Below, piece by piece: positions 1 to 6,317 of a stretch of DNA of 64,000 bases. The DNA comes from a virus. A program made the position numbers and the translations under genes. A model generated the notes under the pieces. The model saw only the letters and a program-made list of their open reading frames with translations. It was not told where the DNA came from and did no database searches. Numbering within the stretch: the stretch's first letter is position 1; every line of letters starts with the position of its first letter. The stretch is taken from the IMG/VR virus record IMGVR_UViG_3300045988_161114, positions 1 through 64,000 of that record; one strand, 5' to 3'.

Positions 1-240
1 GAGAACTTACTGCTGTGTATATTTTAAGAATCCCGCGAGTCTTCGGTTAATGACTCCCTCCCCAATGAGTGTTATTGGAATGCCGAACATAGCTAGAATA
101 ATGTTGGTTTATCAGTTTTTTCCAAAACTGTTTGTCTTCTTTATATAGTTTCAGACATGGGAAATTATATTGAACCATAGGCGTTAATTATGACTAGAGT
201 TTATCCTTCTAGAGATTGATAACCTGAAAAGGATTACAAT

Positions 241-327
241 GCGAGAGTGGCGAAATTGGCGATACGTGTCTGCCTTAGAAGCAGATGTCCTAGTGGCGTG
301 TGGGTTCGAGTCCCACCTCGGGTACCA
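241..327 (+). tRNA. tRNA-Leu (anticodon TAG), type II, CCA encoded; acceptor stem imperfect
   Basis: Hand fold: anticodon stem tctgc/gcaga with loop cTTAGaa. T arm is gtggg-ttcgagt-cccac, and the D region tggcgaaattgg resembles bacterial tRNA-Leu. The 5' gcgagag against 3' ctcgggt leaves mismatches at 3-70 and 4-69. Confidence 0.55.
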
Positions 328-347
328 TATTTTTAATAGGTGTAATT

Positions 348-740
348 ATGGCATTTGGAATTGTACTTTTAATTTATTTTGCATCTATTGTTGATGGATT
401 AAGGTTTTTCTTTTTTATTGCGGGGATTAGCTGTCTTGTATTTGCTTTTATTTCAGTTCCTGCGGTTTGTGATTTTAAAAATTTACCACATTTTAAAGAT
501 ATTAATCCTATAAAATTATTTAAAAGACTTTTTAGCACTGGTGTTATTTTTTGTTTACTATGTGCATTAATGCCTAGTGAAAAACAAGTCTATTATATGT
601 CTGCGGCATATATTGGCAGCACTGCCATTGAAAATATTACAAATAGTCCAGAAGTTTCTAAAGTAAGACTAATTGTAAATCATAAAATGGATGAATATAT
701 TAAAGAAAATCATATTCAGCCAGTTAAACAAAACAACTAA
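348..740 (+). CDS. hypothetical small membrane protein
   Basis: ORF track 300..740. The first 48 nt overlap tRNA-Leu, so the ATG at 348 (aggtg 7 nt upstream) was chosen. Hydrophobic helices: FGIVLLIYFASIV, FFFIAGISCLVFAFISV, VIFCLLCALM. Confidence 0.6.
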   Translation: MAFGIVLLIYFASIVDGLRFFFFIAGISCLVFAFISVPAVCDFKNLPHFKDINPIKLFKRLFSTGVIFCLLCALMPSEKQVYYMSAAYIGSTAIENITNSPEVSKVRLIVNHKMDEYIKENHIQPVKQNN

Positions 741-750
741 TTGTAGTAAT

Positions 751-839
751 GGAGGATAGGCTGCATGGCGTAGAAGCGGTCTTGAAAACCGTCCCACTGT
801 AGAGATACGGTGATGGTTCGATTCCATTATCCTCCTCCA
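751..839 (+). tRNA. tRNA-Ser (anticodon TGA), type II, CCA encoded
   Basis: Acceptor ggaggat/atcctcc. 3-bp D stem gct/agc. Anticodon stem gcggt/accgt with loop cTTGAaa. Long variable arm cactg..cggtg. T arm gatgg-ttcgatt-ccatt. Confidence 0.85.
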
Positions 840-929
840 GGTTAAATATCCTCGAATGCAGTATACGATTACATTTATTATGGTTAAATAAAGCGCAGTT
901 ATCGTTACATTTTTGTCGAGGACCCTATT

Positions 930-1370
930 ATGATAGAAGAAAAAGGATGGATGTATCAGATTGAAGAAGATTCTGATTATCCGTCATTTTTTTACAAGAA
1001 CAAAATTGGAAACAATTTTGTTTACATCAGTTTTGAATTTAATAGAAAATATAATAAGATTCCTGTTTATACTATTGCTGCTTATATTGGTAGGAAAAGA
1101 AATATTATAGAAACTTCTATGTATAGTAAAAGTATTACTGGTACAATAGGAGTGAGCGGACTTATTAAAATAAAAGAGTGTATTGATTTCTTCATTGAAG
1201 ATTTCTTTGATAATAATGATACTCTTATGATTTCTATTTATGGAACTGATCCTAAAAGAGATAAAGTATATGCTAGAACATTATCTCGTGATGGGTATGT
1301 TCAAAGTAATATATTGGGTAAGATAAAATCTTACTGTAAAGTGTTTCATAGGAATGCGGGTATGGTATAA
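930..1370 (+). CDS. hypothetical protein
   Basis: 146-aa ORF between tRNAs. Its last 15 nt overlap the 5' end of tRNA-Gly. No recognisable motifs. Confidence 0.6.
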   Translation: MIEEKGWMYQIEEDSDYPSFFYKNKIGNNFVYISFEFNRKYNKIPVYTIAAYIGRKRNIIETSMYSKSITGTIGVSGLIKIKECIDFFIEDFFDNNDTLMISIYGTDPKRDKVYARTLSRDGYVQSNILGKIKSYCKVFHRNAGMV

Positions 1371-1430
1371 GGGTTGTGCCTCGGTTTTCCACACCGATGA
1401 AGACAAGTTCAAATCTTGCTACCCGCTCCA
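1356..1430 (+). tRNA. tRNA-Gly (anticodon TCC), CCA encoded
   Basis: Acceptor gcgggta/tacccgc. Anticodon stem tcggt/accga with loop ttTCCac. T arm caag-ttcaaat-cttg. D stem gtat/gtgc has two G-U pairs. Confidence 0.8.
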
Positions 1431-1444
1431 CTAAAGGTTATAAA

Positions 1445-1633
1445 ATGACTCATCGTCAAAAAAGATTAAAAGATGTTGCAGCTCGTTTAAGTAAACGATT
1501 CTTCGTCCCTGAAGAATTACGAGCTAAATTGATTGAATTTCAAGAACGTGCAAATAGAGATGGCAAATTTGATTTTGAAGTCTTGTTTGATTTCAAAAAG
1601 AAACGTGTTCTTGATATTCGAGAAGTGAAATAA
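1445..1633 (+). CDS. hypothetical small basic protein
   Basis: ORF track 1376..1633 overlaps tRNA-Gly, so the ATG at 1445 after aaagg was chosen. Product: MTHRQKRLKDVAARLSKRFF... Confidence 0.5.
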   Translation: MTHRQKRLKDVAARLSKRFFVPEELRAKLIEFQERANRDGKFDFEVLFDFKKKRVLDIREVK

Positions 1634-1640
1634 TTTATAC

Positions 1641-1729
1641 GGAAGCTTGACAGAGTGGTAATGTGCCTGTTTGCTAAACAGAGTCCATGCGAGAGCATGA
1701 CATAGGTTCAATTCCTATAGCTTCCGCCA
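1641..1729 (+). tRNA. tRNA-Ser (anticodon GCT), type II, CCA encoded
   Basis: Acceptor ggaagct/agcttcc. Anticodon loop ttGCTaa. Long variable arm ccatgcgagagcatg. T arm atagg-ttcaatt-cctat. Confidence 0.8.
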
Positions 1730-1731
1730 TA

Positions 1732-1806
1732 GACGAGTTGGTATAGACAGATGTGCCACGGACTGCAAATCCGTAGAGGAAGGTGAAATTCCTTCACTCG
1801 TCTCCA
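1732..1806 (+). tRNA. tRNA-Cys (anticodon GCA), CCA encoded
   Basis: Acceptor gacgagt/actcgtc. Anticodon stem acgga/tccgt with loop ctGCAaa. T arm gaagg-tgaaatt-ccttc. Confidence 0.85.
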
Positions 1807-1811
1807 TATAT

Positions 1812-1881
1812 TGCGAATTAGTGTAACGGTAGCACACGAGGCTCATAACCTTGAGGTCCAGTTCGACTCTGTGGTTCGCAT
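1812..1881 (+). tRNA. tRNA-Met-like (anticodon CAT), short and non-canonical
   Basis: Acceptor tgcgaat/gttcgca. D stem gtgt/gcac. Anticodon stem cgagg/ccttg with loop ctCATaa. The variable loop is only ~3 nt and the T stem tccag/ctgtg has a C-U mismatch. No CCA. Confidence 0.5.
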
Positions 1882-1892
1882 CCGTTTTATAG

Positions 1893-1906
1893 ATTCTTTA
1901 GAGAAT
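1893..1906 (+). repeat. TTAG-loop hairpin (attct-ttag-agaat) followed by a T-run
   Basis: Copy of the recurring motif ATyCyTTAGrGrAT. It lies just after tRNA-Met and ~15 nt before GC-rich island A. Confidence 0.5.
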
Positions 1907-1920
1907 TTTTTATTTGCTTA

Positions 1921-2017
1921 AAAATTTTCAAAGCCCACGGCTCCGTACTATTCCGTACCCGTTTGGCGCATGACCCGCACGGACGTCGAGTACAACGCCA
2001 AGGCTCTTGAAAATTTT
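1921..2017 (+). ncRNA. candidate structured small RNA (GC-rich island A)
   Basis: A ~66-nt GC-rich core with no ORF, set in an AT-rich background. It is closed by a ~15-bp inverted repeat, aaaattttcaaagcc / ggct(c)ttgaaaatttt. The inner stem is ttggcg/cgccaa. It sits inside the tRNA cluster. Confidence 0.45.
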
Positions 2018-2041
2018 TTCTGGCTTTTAGTCAGATTTTTA

Positions 2042-2057
2042 CATTCCTTAGGGAATG
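2042..2057 (+). repeat. TTAG-loop hairpin (cattcc-ttag-ggaatg)
   Basis: Perfect 6-bp stem with a ttag loop, followed by AT-rich tract. Same motif family as 1893, 4473 and 38361. Confidence 0.5.
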
Positions 2058-2071
2058 ATATATTTATTTAT

Positions 2072-2123
2072 TTTTTGATTATCTGATCTGATCACAAGTG
2101 ATCATATCATATCTAATCAAAAA
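2072..2123. repeat. imperfect GATC-rich palindrome
   Basis: Outer arms are tttttgatta / taatcaaaaa and inner arms tgatcac / gtgatca. Three GATC sites fall within ~20 nt. Confidence 0.5.
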
Positions 2124-2144
2124 CAGGCATACGTCTGACTTTTA

Positions 2145-2220
2145 GGTTATTTAGTGTAGTCGGTTAGCACATATCCCTCATAAGGATATAGCAGTAGTTC
2201 AAGTCTACTAATAACCTCCA
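2145..2220 (+). tRNA. tRNA with CAT anticodon (Met or lysidine-Ile2), CCA encoded
   Basis: Acceptor ggttatt/aataacc. Anticodon stem tatcc/ggata with loop ctCATaa. T arm agtag-ttcaagt-ctact. Confidence 0.8.
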
Positions 2221-2226
2221 AGTATA

Positions 2227-2297
2227 GCTGCCATAATATAATGGTATTATATTGGCTTTGTAATCCAGGTATATAGGTTCGATTCCTATTGGCAACA
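2227..2297 (+). tRNA. tRNA-Thr (anticodon TGT)
   Basis: Acceptor gctgcca/tggcaac with one C-A mismatch. Anticodon loop ttTGTaa. T arm atagg-ttcgatt-cctat. No CCA. Confidence 0.6.
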
Positions 2298-2298
2298 T

Positions 2299-2314
2299 CA
2301 ATATTTAGATATTG
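2299..2314 (+). repeat. TTAG-loop hairpin (caatat-ttag-atattg)
   Basis: 6-bp stem with a ttag loop, starting 2 nt after tRNA-Thr. A second hairpin, gaatct-t7-agattc, follows at 2321..2339. Confidence 0.45.
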
Positions 2315-2343
2315 GTTTTAGAATCTTTTTTTTAGATTCCTAC

Positions 2344-2457
2344 TGCTGATCAAACGCAAGGTTAGATCAGCAGGATCCTAGGGCCCTTCCGTGCCGGTGC
2401 CTTCGTGTCACCTGGTCCGGTCAGCCCCTGGCCTACATTTACTGTAGGACTTTTACT
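2344..2457 (+). ncRNA. candidate structured small RNA (GC-rich island B)
   Basis: 9-bp hairpin ctgctgatc/gatcagcag, then a GC-rich tract (ggcccttccgtgccggtgccttcgtgtcacctggtccggtcagcccctggcc) with nested ccgg and ggtg/cacc pairings, then hairpin cctaca/tgtagg. No ORF. Confidence 0.45.
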
Positions 2458-2552
2458 ATCAAGTTATTGATCATATATATGTTCGACTCACTTACTAATT
2501 AACATGATATTGGATCATAAAATTCTAAGTGTGTTATTGTATATGACTTTCA

Positions 2553-2590
2553 AAAAGCTCCGGAGTTTTTTACTCTGGAGCTTTTTCATT
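2553..2590 (+). terminator. rho-independent terminator closing the tRNA/sRNA cluster
   Basis: Stem aaaagctccggag / ctctggagctttt with one G-U pair. Loop is tttttta, and a T-run follows. Confidence 0.7.
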
Positions 2591-2606
2591 TAATAGGATT
2601 TGTTTT

Positions 2607-3161
2607 ATGGGAATATTTACTGGTGATATTTTAAATTATTTTAAAATAATTAAAGATATAGATAATTTAATTGATCCAAATTTTAGATTTTTAAATCCTG
2701 AAGAAGTAAATTCTTTAAAATTCTTTAAAAGATATTTTAGTCATCTTCCTCTTAGATTTTACGATGGCAGGTTAAAATCTGGTGCCGATTTTAAAAAATA
2801 TATAAAAGATTCTAATTTGCTTAAGTTCATTGATTATTTTAGGATTTACCCTATTTTAAGAGACTGTAAAATGTTTTTTGTTATTGTCCCTTATTCTTAT
2901 AATAATCCAATACTTACTAAAAAATCTAGTAATTTAGATTCTATTGCTGCTATTGTTGATAATTTAGATGATTTTGAATTTAGTGGTGATGATGAATTAG
3001 TTTATAAGAATATTATTCTTAAATTTCCTAAATTTAAAAAGAATTATATTTCTTATAGAAAAAGATTCTTTAGAGAAAATGACGATTTGGTTAGAGCAAT
3101 ACAAGAGCGGCGCAATAGATTCAGAATTCGACAAGTTATTTTTGATGAAGTTCTATTTTGA
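2607..3161 (+). CDS. hypothetical protein
   Basis: 184-aa ORF starting after the terminator. No recognisable motifs. Confidence 0.7.
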   Translation: MGIFTGDILNYFKIIKDIDNLIDPNFRFLNPEEVNSLKFFKRYFSHLPLRFYDGRLKSGADFKKYIKDSNLLKFIDYFRIYPILRDCKMFFVIVPYSYNNPILTKKSSNLDSIAAIVDNLDDFEFSGDDELVYKNIILKFPKFKKNYISYRKRFFRENDDLVRAIQERRNRFRIRQVIFDEVLF

Positions 3162-3167
3162 TTTATT

Positions 3168-3647
3168 ATGATTGTAAAGATTATTTTTGATGATAAGTCT
3201 ATAGGCTTATTTGGGTACACTGAAGATTCTGAAGGATATATTCATCTTGCTGAAGTTATTGATATGAATCCATATTATGTTTATGGGCCCAGTATTAAAT
3301 GTTTTCACAAAGATGAAATAAATTTTTACAATAATCCTTATATTATTCATAATCCAAGGTTTCATGTTATTGAATATGAGTTTTCTTATTTGCCTAAAAA
3401 TATTACAAATAAAAAGACTCTTTTTGTTCCTTTAGGAATTGATTCTGCAGATTATGATCAGACTTCTAAGCAAATAGTTAATGAGCTTATGTTTGTTGTT
3501 CATACTGTTCGTAATTTGTCTATGATTGATAGACGCATAAATATTAGTGTCGTTGACCCCAATCAGTTTTCTATGAAATTTAATGATCCAATTGTTTTCG
3601 GATTAGTAAAACACACGGCTGATCAATTGGAGAATTCTAATGATTAG
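3168..3647 (+). CDS. hypothetical protein
   Basis: 159-aa ORF, tightly packed against its neighbours. No motifs recognised. Confidence 0.7.
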   Translation: MIVKIIFDDKSIGLFGYTEDSEGYIHLAEVIDMNPYYVYGPSIKCFHKDEINFYNNPYIIHNPRFHVIEYEFSYLPKNITNKKTLFVPLGIDSADYDQTSKQIVNELMFVVHTVRNLSMIDRRINISVVDPNQFSMKFNDPIVFGLVKHTADQLENSND

Positions 3648-4131
3648 AATGTTTTATGCATGTGAAGGGCGTACAAACGGAATGGGAATAAATAATTCTA
3701 TTCCGTGGAAATGTCCATTAGATATGCAAATGTATATGAAAGTTTTAAAAGAATCTGATATATCCGTTTGCGGACCTAATACATGGGAAAATTTACCTCC
3801 TAATGCCAAGAGACTTAATATCCCTGTAGTGATTAATAATAGAAAAGGATCTAAACAATATCCTTTGTTGTCTAATGTTATCAATACGGATTGCAATGTT
3901 CTTATTAGCGGCGGATCTTCTATTTATAAGTTCTGCGCTGAGCATGGTATAGCAGATGAAATTATTGTAAATAGAATTATTTTTCATGATAAAAAATATT
4001 TAAAATCAGATTTTGACATATTTGGTTTAAGCTTTGATGAGATATCAAAGCATTATTCTTTAGATAAAACGTTTGAATTTAGTGAAAAAGATTATATCAT
4101 TTTTCAAGAAATTTATACAAGGAGAAAATAA
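3640..4131 (+). CDS. folA: dihydrofolate reductase
   Basis: Alignable by eye to E. coli FolA: GMGINNSIPWKCPLDMQMY, VCGPNTWENLP, LISGGSSIY. Length is ~160 aa. Confidence 0.7.
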   Translation: MIRMFYACEGRTNGMGINNSIPWKCPLDMQMYMKVLKESDISVCGPNTWENLPPNAKRLNIPVVINNRKGSKQYPLLSNVINTDCNVLISGGSSIYKFCAEHGIADEIIVNRIIFHDKKYLKSDFDIFGLSFDEISKHYSLDKTFEFSEKDYIIFQEIYTRRK

Positions 4132-4175
4132 AACAAAAATTTGTAGTTTATTCTACATTTATATTGGAGTTTATA

Positions 4176-4460
4176 ATGAATAAAGCATCACTGATTCAAT
4201 CATGGGCTGAACACAAAGGTATCACTAAAGCTGCTGCTGAACGTGAACTTGTTGAAGTTTTTGAATTCACTCATGAAAAAGTAGTAGCTGCACTGAAAGC
4301 CGGTGAAGAAGCTGTTGTTCCCGGCCTGGTTAAGTTTGCTGCTAAAGAACGTGCTGAGCGTCAAGGTCGTAACCCTAAAACTGGTGAAGCATTGACAATT
4401 CCAGCTAAAACTGTTGTTAAAGCAACAGTTGCCAATAGTCTGAAAAACGCATTGGCATAA
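4176..4460 (+). CDS. hup: HU/IHF-family DNA-binding protein
   Basis: MNKASLI..., then GLVKFAAKERAERQGRNPKTGEALTIPAKTVVK, the classic HU arm. ATG at 4176 has ggag upstream; the track's TTG at 4164 was not used. Confidence 0.85.
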   Translation: MNKASLIQSWAEHKGITKAAAERELVEVFEFTHEKVVAALKAGEEAVVPGLVKFAAKERAERQGRNPKTGEALTIPAKTVVKATVANSLKNALA

Positions 4461-4472
4461 TTAAGTTTTCAT

Positions 4473-4484
4473 ATCCTTAGGGAT
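4473..4484 (+). repeat. TTAG-loop hairpin (atcc-ttag-ggat) followed by a T-rich tract
   Basis: Lies 13 nt after the hup stop codon. Same ATyCyTTAGrGrAT motif. Confidence 0.4.
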
Positions 4485-4528
4485 TGTTGTTATTTTTGTT
4501 AGGCAAAGAAGTTACCTAGAAATGTAAA

Positions 4529-4556
4529 TGGCGCTAACATTTGGGCGCCAGCTTTT
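4529..4556 (+). terminator. GC hairpin with T-tract (terminator-like)
   Basis: Stem tggcgc / gcgcca, loop taacatttgg, then gctttta. It overlaps the 5' extension of ORF 4528..4908. Confidence 0.4.
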
Positions 4557-4587
4557 ACGCTGTATGCTAAATCACTATATTTTAAAT

Positions 4588-4908
4588 ATGAAAAATCCTT
4601 CGACTTATATTTTTAAAGAGTTGAAGAATGCGTTTGAAACATTTTGTGATTACGCAAAAATGAGTATTGTTTCTGATGCTCATTATATGTTTAGCAATGA
4701 CACTATCGCTAATACTGGAGTATTGGTATTAGCAACAAGTCATTTTGCTTGGCATACTTTTCCTGAACATGATTATATTTCGATTCAATATAGTACATGT
4801 TCAGAAGATAATTTAAGTGAAGATCAGGTTAAATCATTACTGGAATTATCATTTAAAAATAATAACATAAAATTTGGAGAAATTTTATGTTGTAAAGTGA
4901 TTTTTTAG
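4588..4908 (+). CDS. speD: S-adenosylmethionine decarboxylase-like (pyruvoyl, SpeH/SpeD class 1)
   Basis: VLVLATSHFAWHTFPEHDYISIQYSTCSED matches the family core ESH(I/L)xIHTWPE...D(I/V)FTCG. Start moved to the ATG at 4588, downstream of the hairpin; 4528 or 4564 remain possible. Confidence 0.5.
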   Translation: MKNPSTYIFKELKNAFETFCDYAKMSIVSDAHYMFSNDTIANTGVLVLATSHFAWHTFPEHDYISIQYSTCSEDNLSEDQVKSLLELSFKNNNIKFGEILCCKVIF

Positions 4909-4951
4909 ATACAGTTTTCTATAACAATAATAATAACAAGGAAAACTATAC

Positions 4952-5482
4952 ATGAGTAAGAAAGATTTGCTCATTGTATCTATGCTGAATGACCAAACTA
5001 CAGATAAAAATGGTCCTAGATACATTCGAAACACTGATTCAACTTTAGCTTTTTTGAAATCTAGTATTTCAAAAGGACTTATCAAAGCTGATCGCATATT
5101 GTTAGTAGATTATAATAGAGATACTAATAATATGTGGGATGATAAAAAACATCCAATAGCTCGATTGGTTATAGCTAATGATGATTGGTTCCATGTAGAC
5201 AATAGACTGCACCTGAAAGATGTTACTGATGGTTCTGATGTTGTTGTAAATGGGTCTGATTTAGATTTTGTATTTGATAAAAATACTTATAATTTATCCT
5301 TTGTTGGACTTGATTTATTCGGGTCTATGAGTAATACCATGAAACGTTTTGCCAAAGAAGGATATACTGTAAGATATTTTGCAGATGCTTCTCATCTGTA
5401 TGGTAAAGATGTTAATGCTGAATTAAAAGAAGCCGGCGTTTATAGACACTTTATCAATTATCGTAAAAAGGGTACAAAATGA
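4952..5482 (+). CDS. isochorismatase/nicotinamidase-fold protein (catalytic Cys apparently replaced)
   Basis: LLIVSMLNDQ and LSFVGLDLFGSMSNTMKRFAKEGYTVRYFADAS resemble the family pattern LxxxDMQNDF ... GxxxxxCVxxTxxDAxxxGYxV. Ser occupies the Cys position. Confidence 0.35.
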   Translation: MSKKDLLIVSMLNDQTTDKNGPRYIRNTDSTLAFLKSSISKGLIKADRILLVDYNRDTNNMWDDKKHPIARLVIANDDWFHVDNRLHLKDVTDGSDVVVNGSDLDFVFDKNTYNLSFVGLDLFGSMSNTMKRFAKEGYTVRYFADASHLYGKDVNAELKEAGVYRHFINYRKKGTK

Positions 5483-5838
5483 AGATCAATGTAAGAATGT
5501 GGCCAAAAAGAGCTTCAGATAAACATTCTGGCTCTGGATTTGTAGTGATAGCGGACGCAGTTCAGCTAAACTTTACAATATGGGGAGACCCATCTAAAGG
5601 CTATTTTGTTTCTTATCCAGGTTATAAAAAGACTGATGGTAAGTGGCAAGAAACTGCCGGACCTATCAATAAAGAAGCGCGTGACAGTATTTCTGAGGCA
5701 ATTCTAAAAGAAGCTGGATTGATAGGCGGATTAAAACCAAAAGCTAGCTCAGATGAAGCCCCAGAAGAGACTAAGAAACCTATTAAGGCGGAAGAAGTTA
5801 AATCTGAAGCCCATATACCATCTGGAGCACCTTGGTAA
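5479..5838 (+). CDS. spoVG: SpoVG-like DNA/RNA-binding protein with K/E-rich tail
   Basis: FVVIADAVQLNFTIWGDPSKGYFVSYPGYKKTDGKWQETAGPINKEARDSISEAILKE parallels the SpoVG core ([37 protein letters not shown]..AVL). Confidence 0.6.
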   Translation: MKINVRMWPKRASDKHSGSGFVVIADAVQLNFTIWGDPSKGYFVSYPGYKKTDGKWQETAGPINKEARDSISEAILKEAGLIGGLKPKASSDEAPEETKKPIKAEEVKSEAHIPSGAPW

Positions 5839-6311
5839 TGGCCGAGTATGATGTTTCTAAAGAGGCAAAACATTATTCGATTTTTAAAGGCAAATCTGCC
5901 CTTAGATTTCGATTGGTAAAACCTCAAGTTGTTGAAGAAAGCACTAATAAAAAACTTAATGCTGGATTTGTATTTTTGGAAGCGGCACCTGTAAAAGATG
6001 CCAATGCTAAAAATAAAACATACCAATGGGAAAACAAGAAAATTGGAATAAAATTGGGTATGCCTGATTTACAAAAATTAGGATATGCAATTGAACGTGG
6101 ACTAGATGTTGATTTATTCCATGAATTTAATGGCAACACAAAAACAATTGGACTTAAACGTTCAACTGGTGGAGCCTCTCCATATTTCTTGTCTGTTGCA
6201 CAAAATGTAGATGGAGAAAAATCCTCACTATCTATTCCTTTGAGTGTTGATGAAACATTCGCTTTGAGTGTTTTAATTAAGCATTCAATTCCTTCAATTT
6301 TGAATTGGTAA
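5838..6311 (+). CDS. Whirly-like single-stranded DNA-binding protein
   Basis: YSIFKGKSALRFRLVKP, YQWENKKIGIKLGMPDLQKLG, LFHEFNG..TKTIGLKRS, YFLSVAQNV..SLSIPLSVDETFALSVLIKHSIPSILNW all match the Whirly/p24 pattern recalled from memory. The ATG at 5838 overlaps the preceding stop codon (taatg). Confidence 0.55.
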   Translation: MAEYDVSKEAKHYSIFKGKSALRFRLVKPQVVEESTNKKLNAGFVFLEAAPVKDANAKNKTYQWENKKIGIKLGMPDLQKLGYAIERGLDVDLFHEFNGNTKTIGLKRSTGGASPYFLSVAQNVDGEKSSLSIPLSVDETFALSVLIKHSIPSILNW

Positions 6312-6317
6312 AAACAA

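Noticed and set aside
1517-1711. Minus-strand 64-aa ORF.
   Set aside because: It overlaps tRNA-Ser(GCT) and the plus-strand small CDS, and there is no supporting signal.
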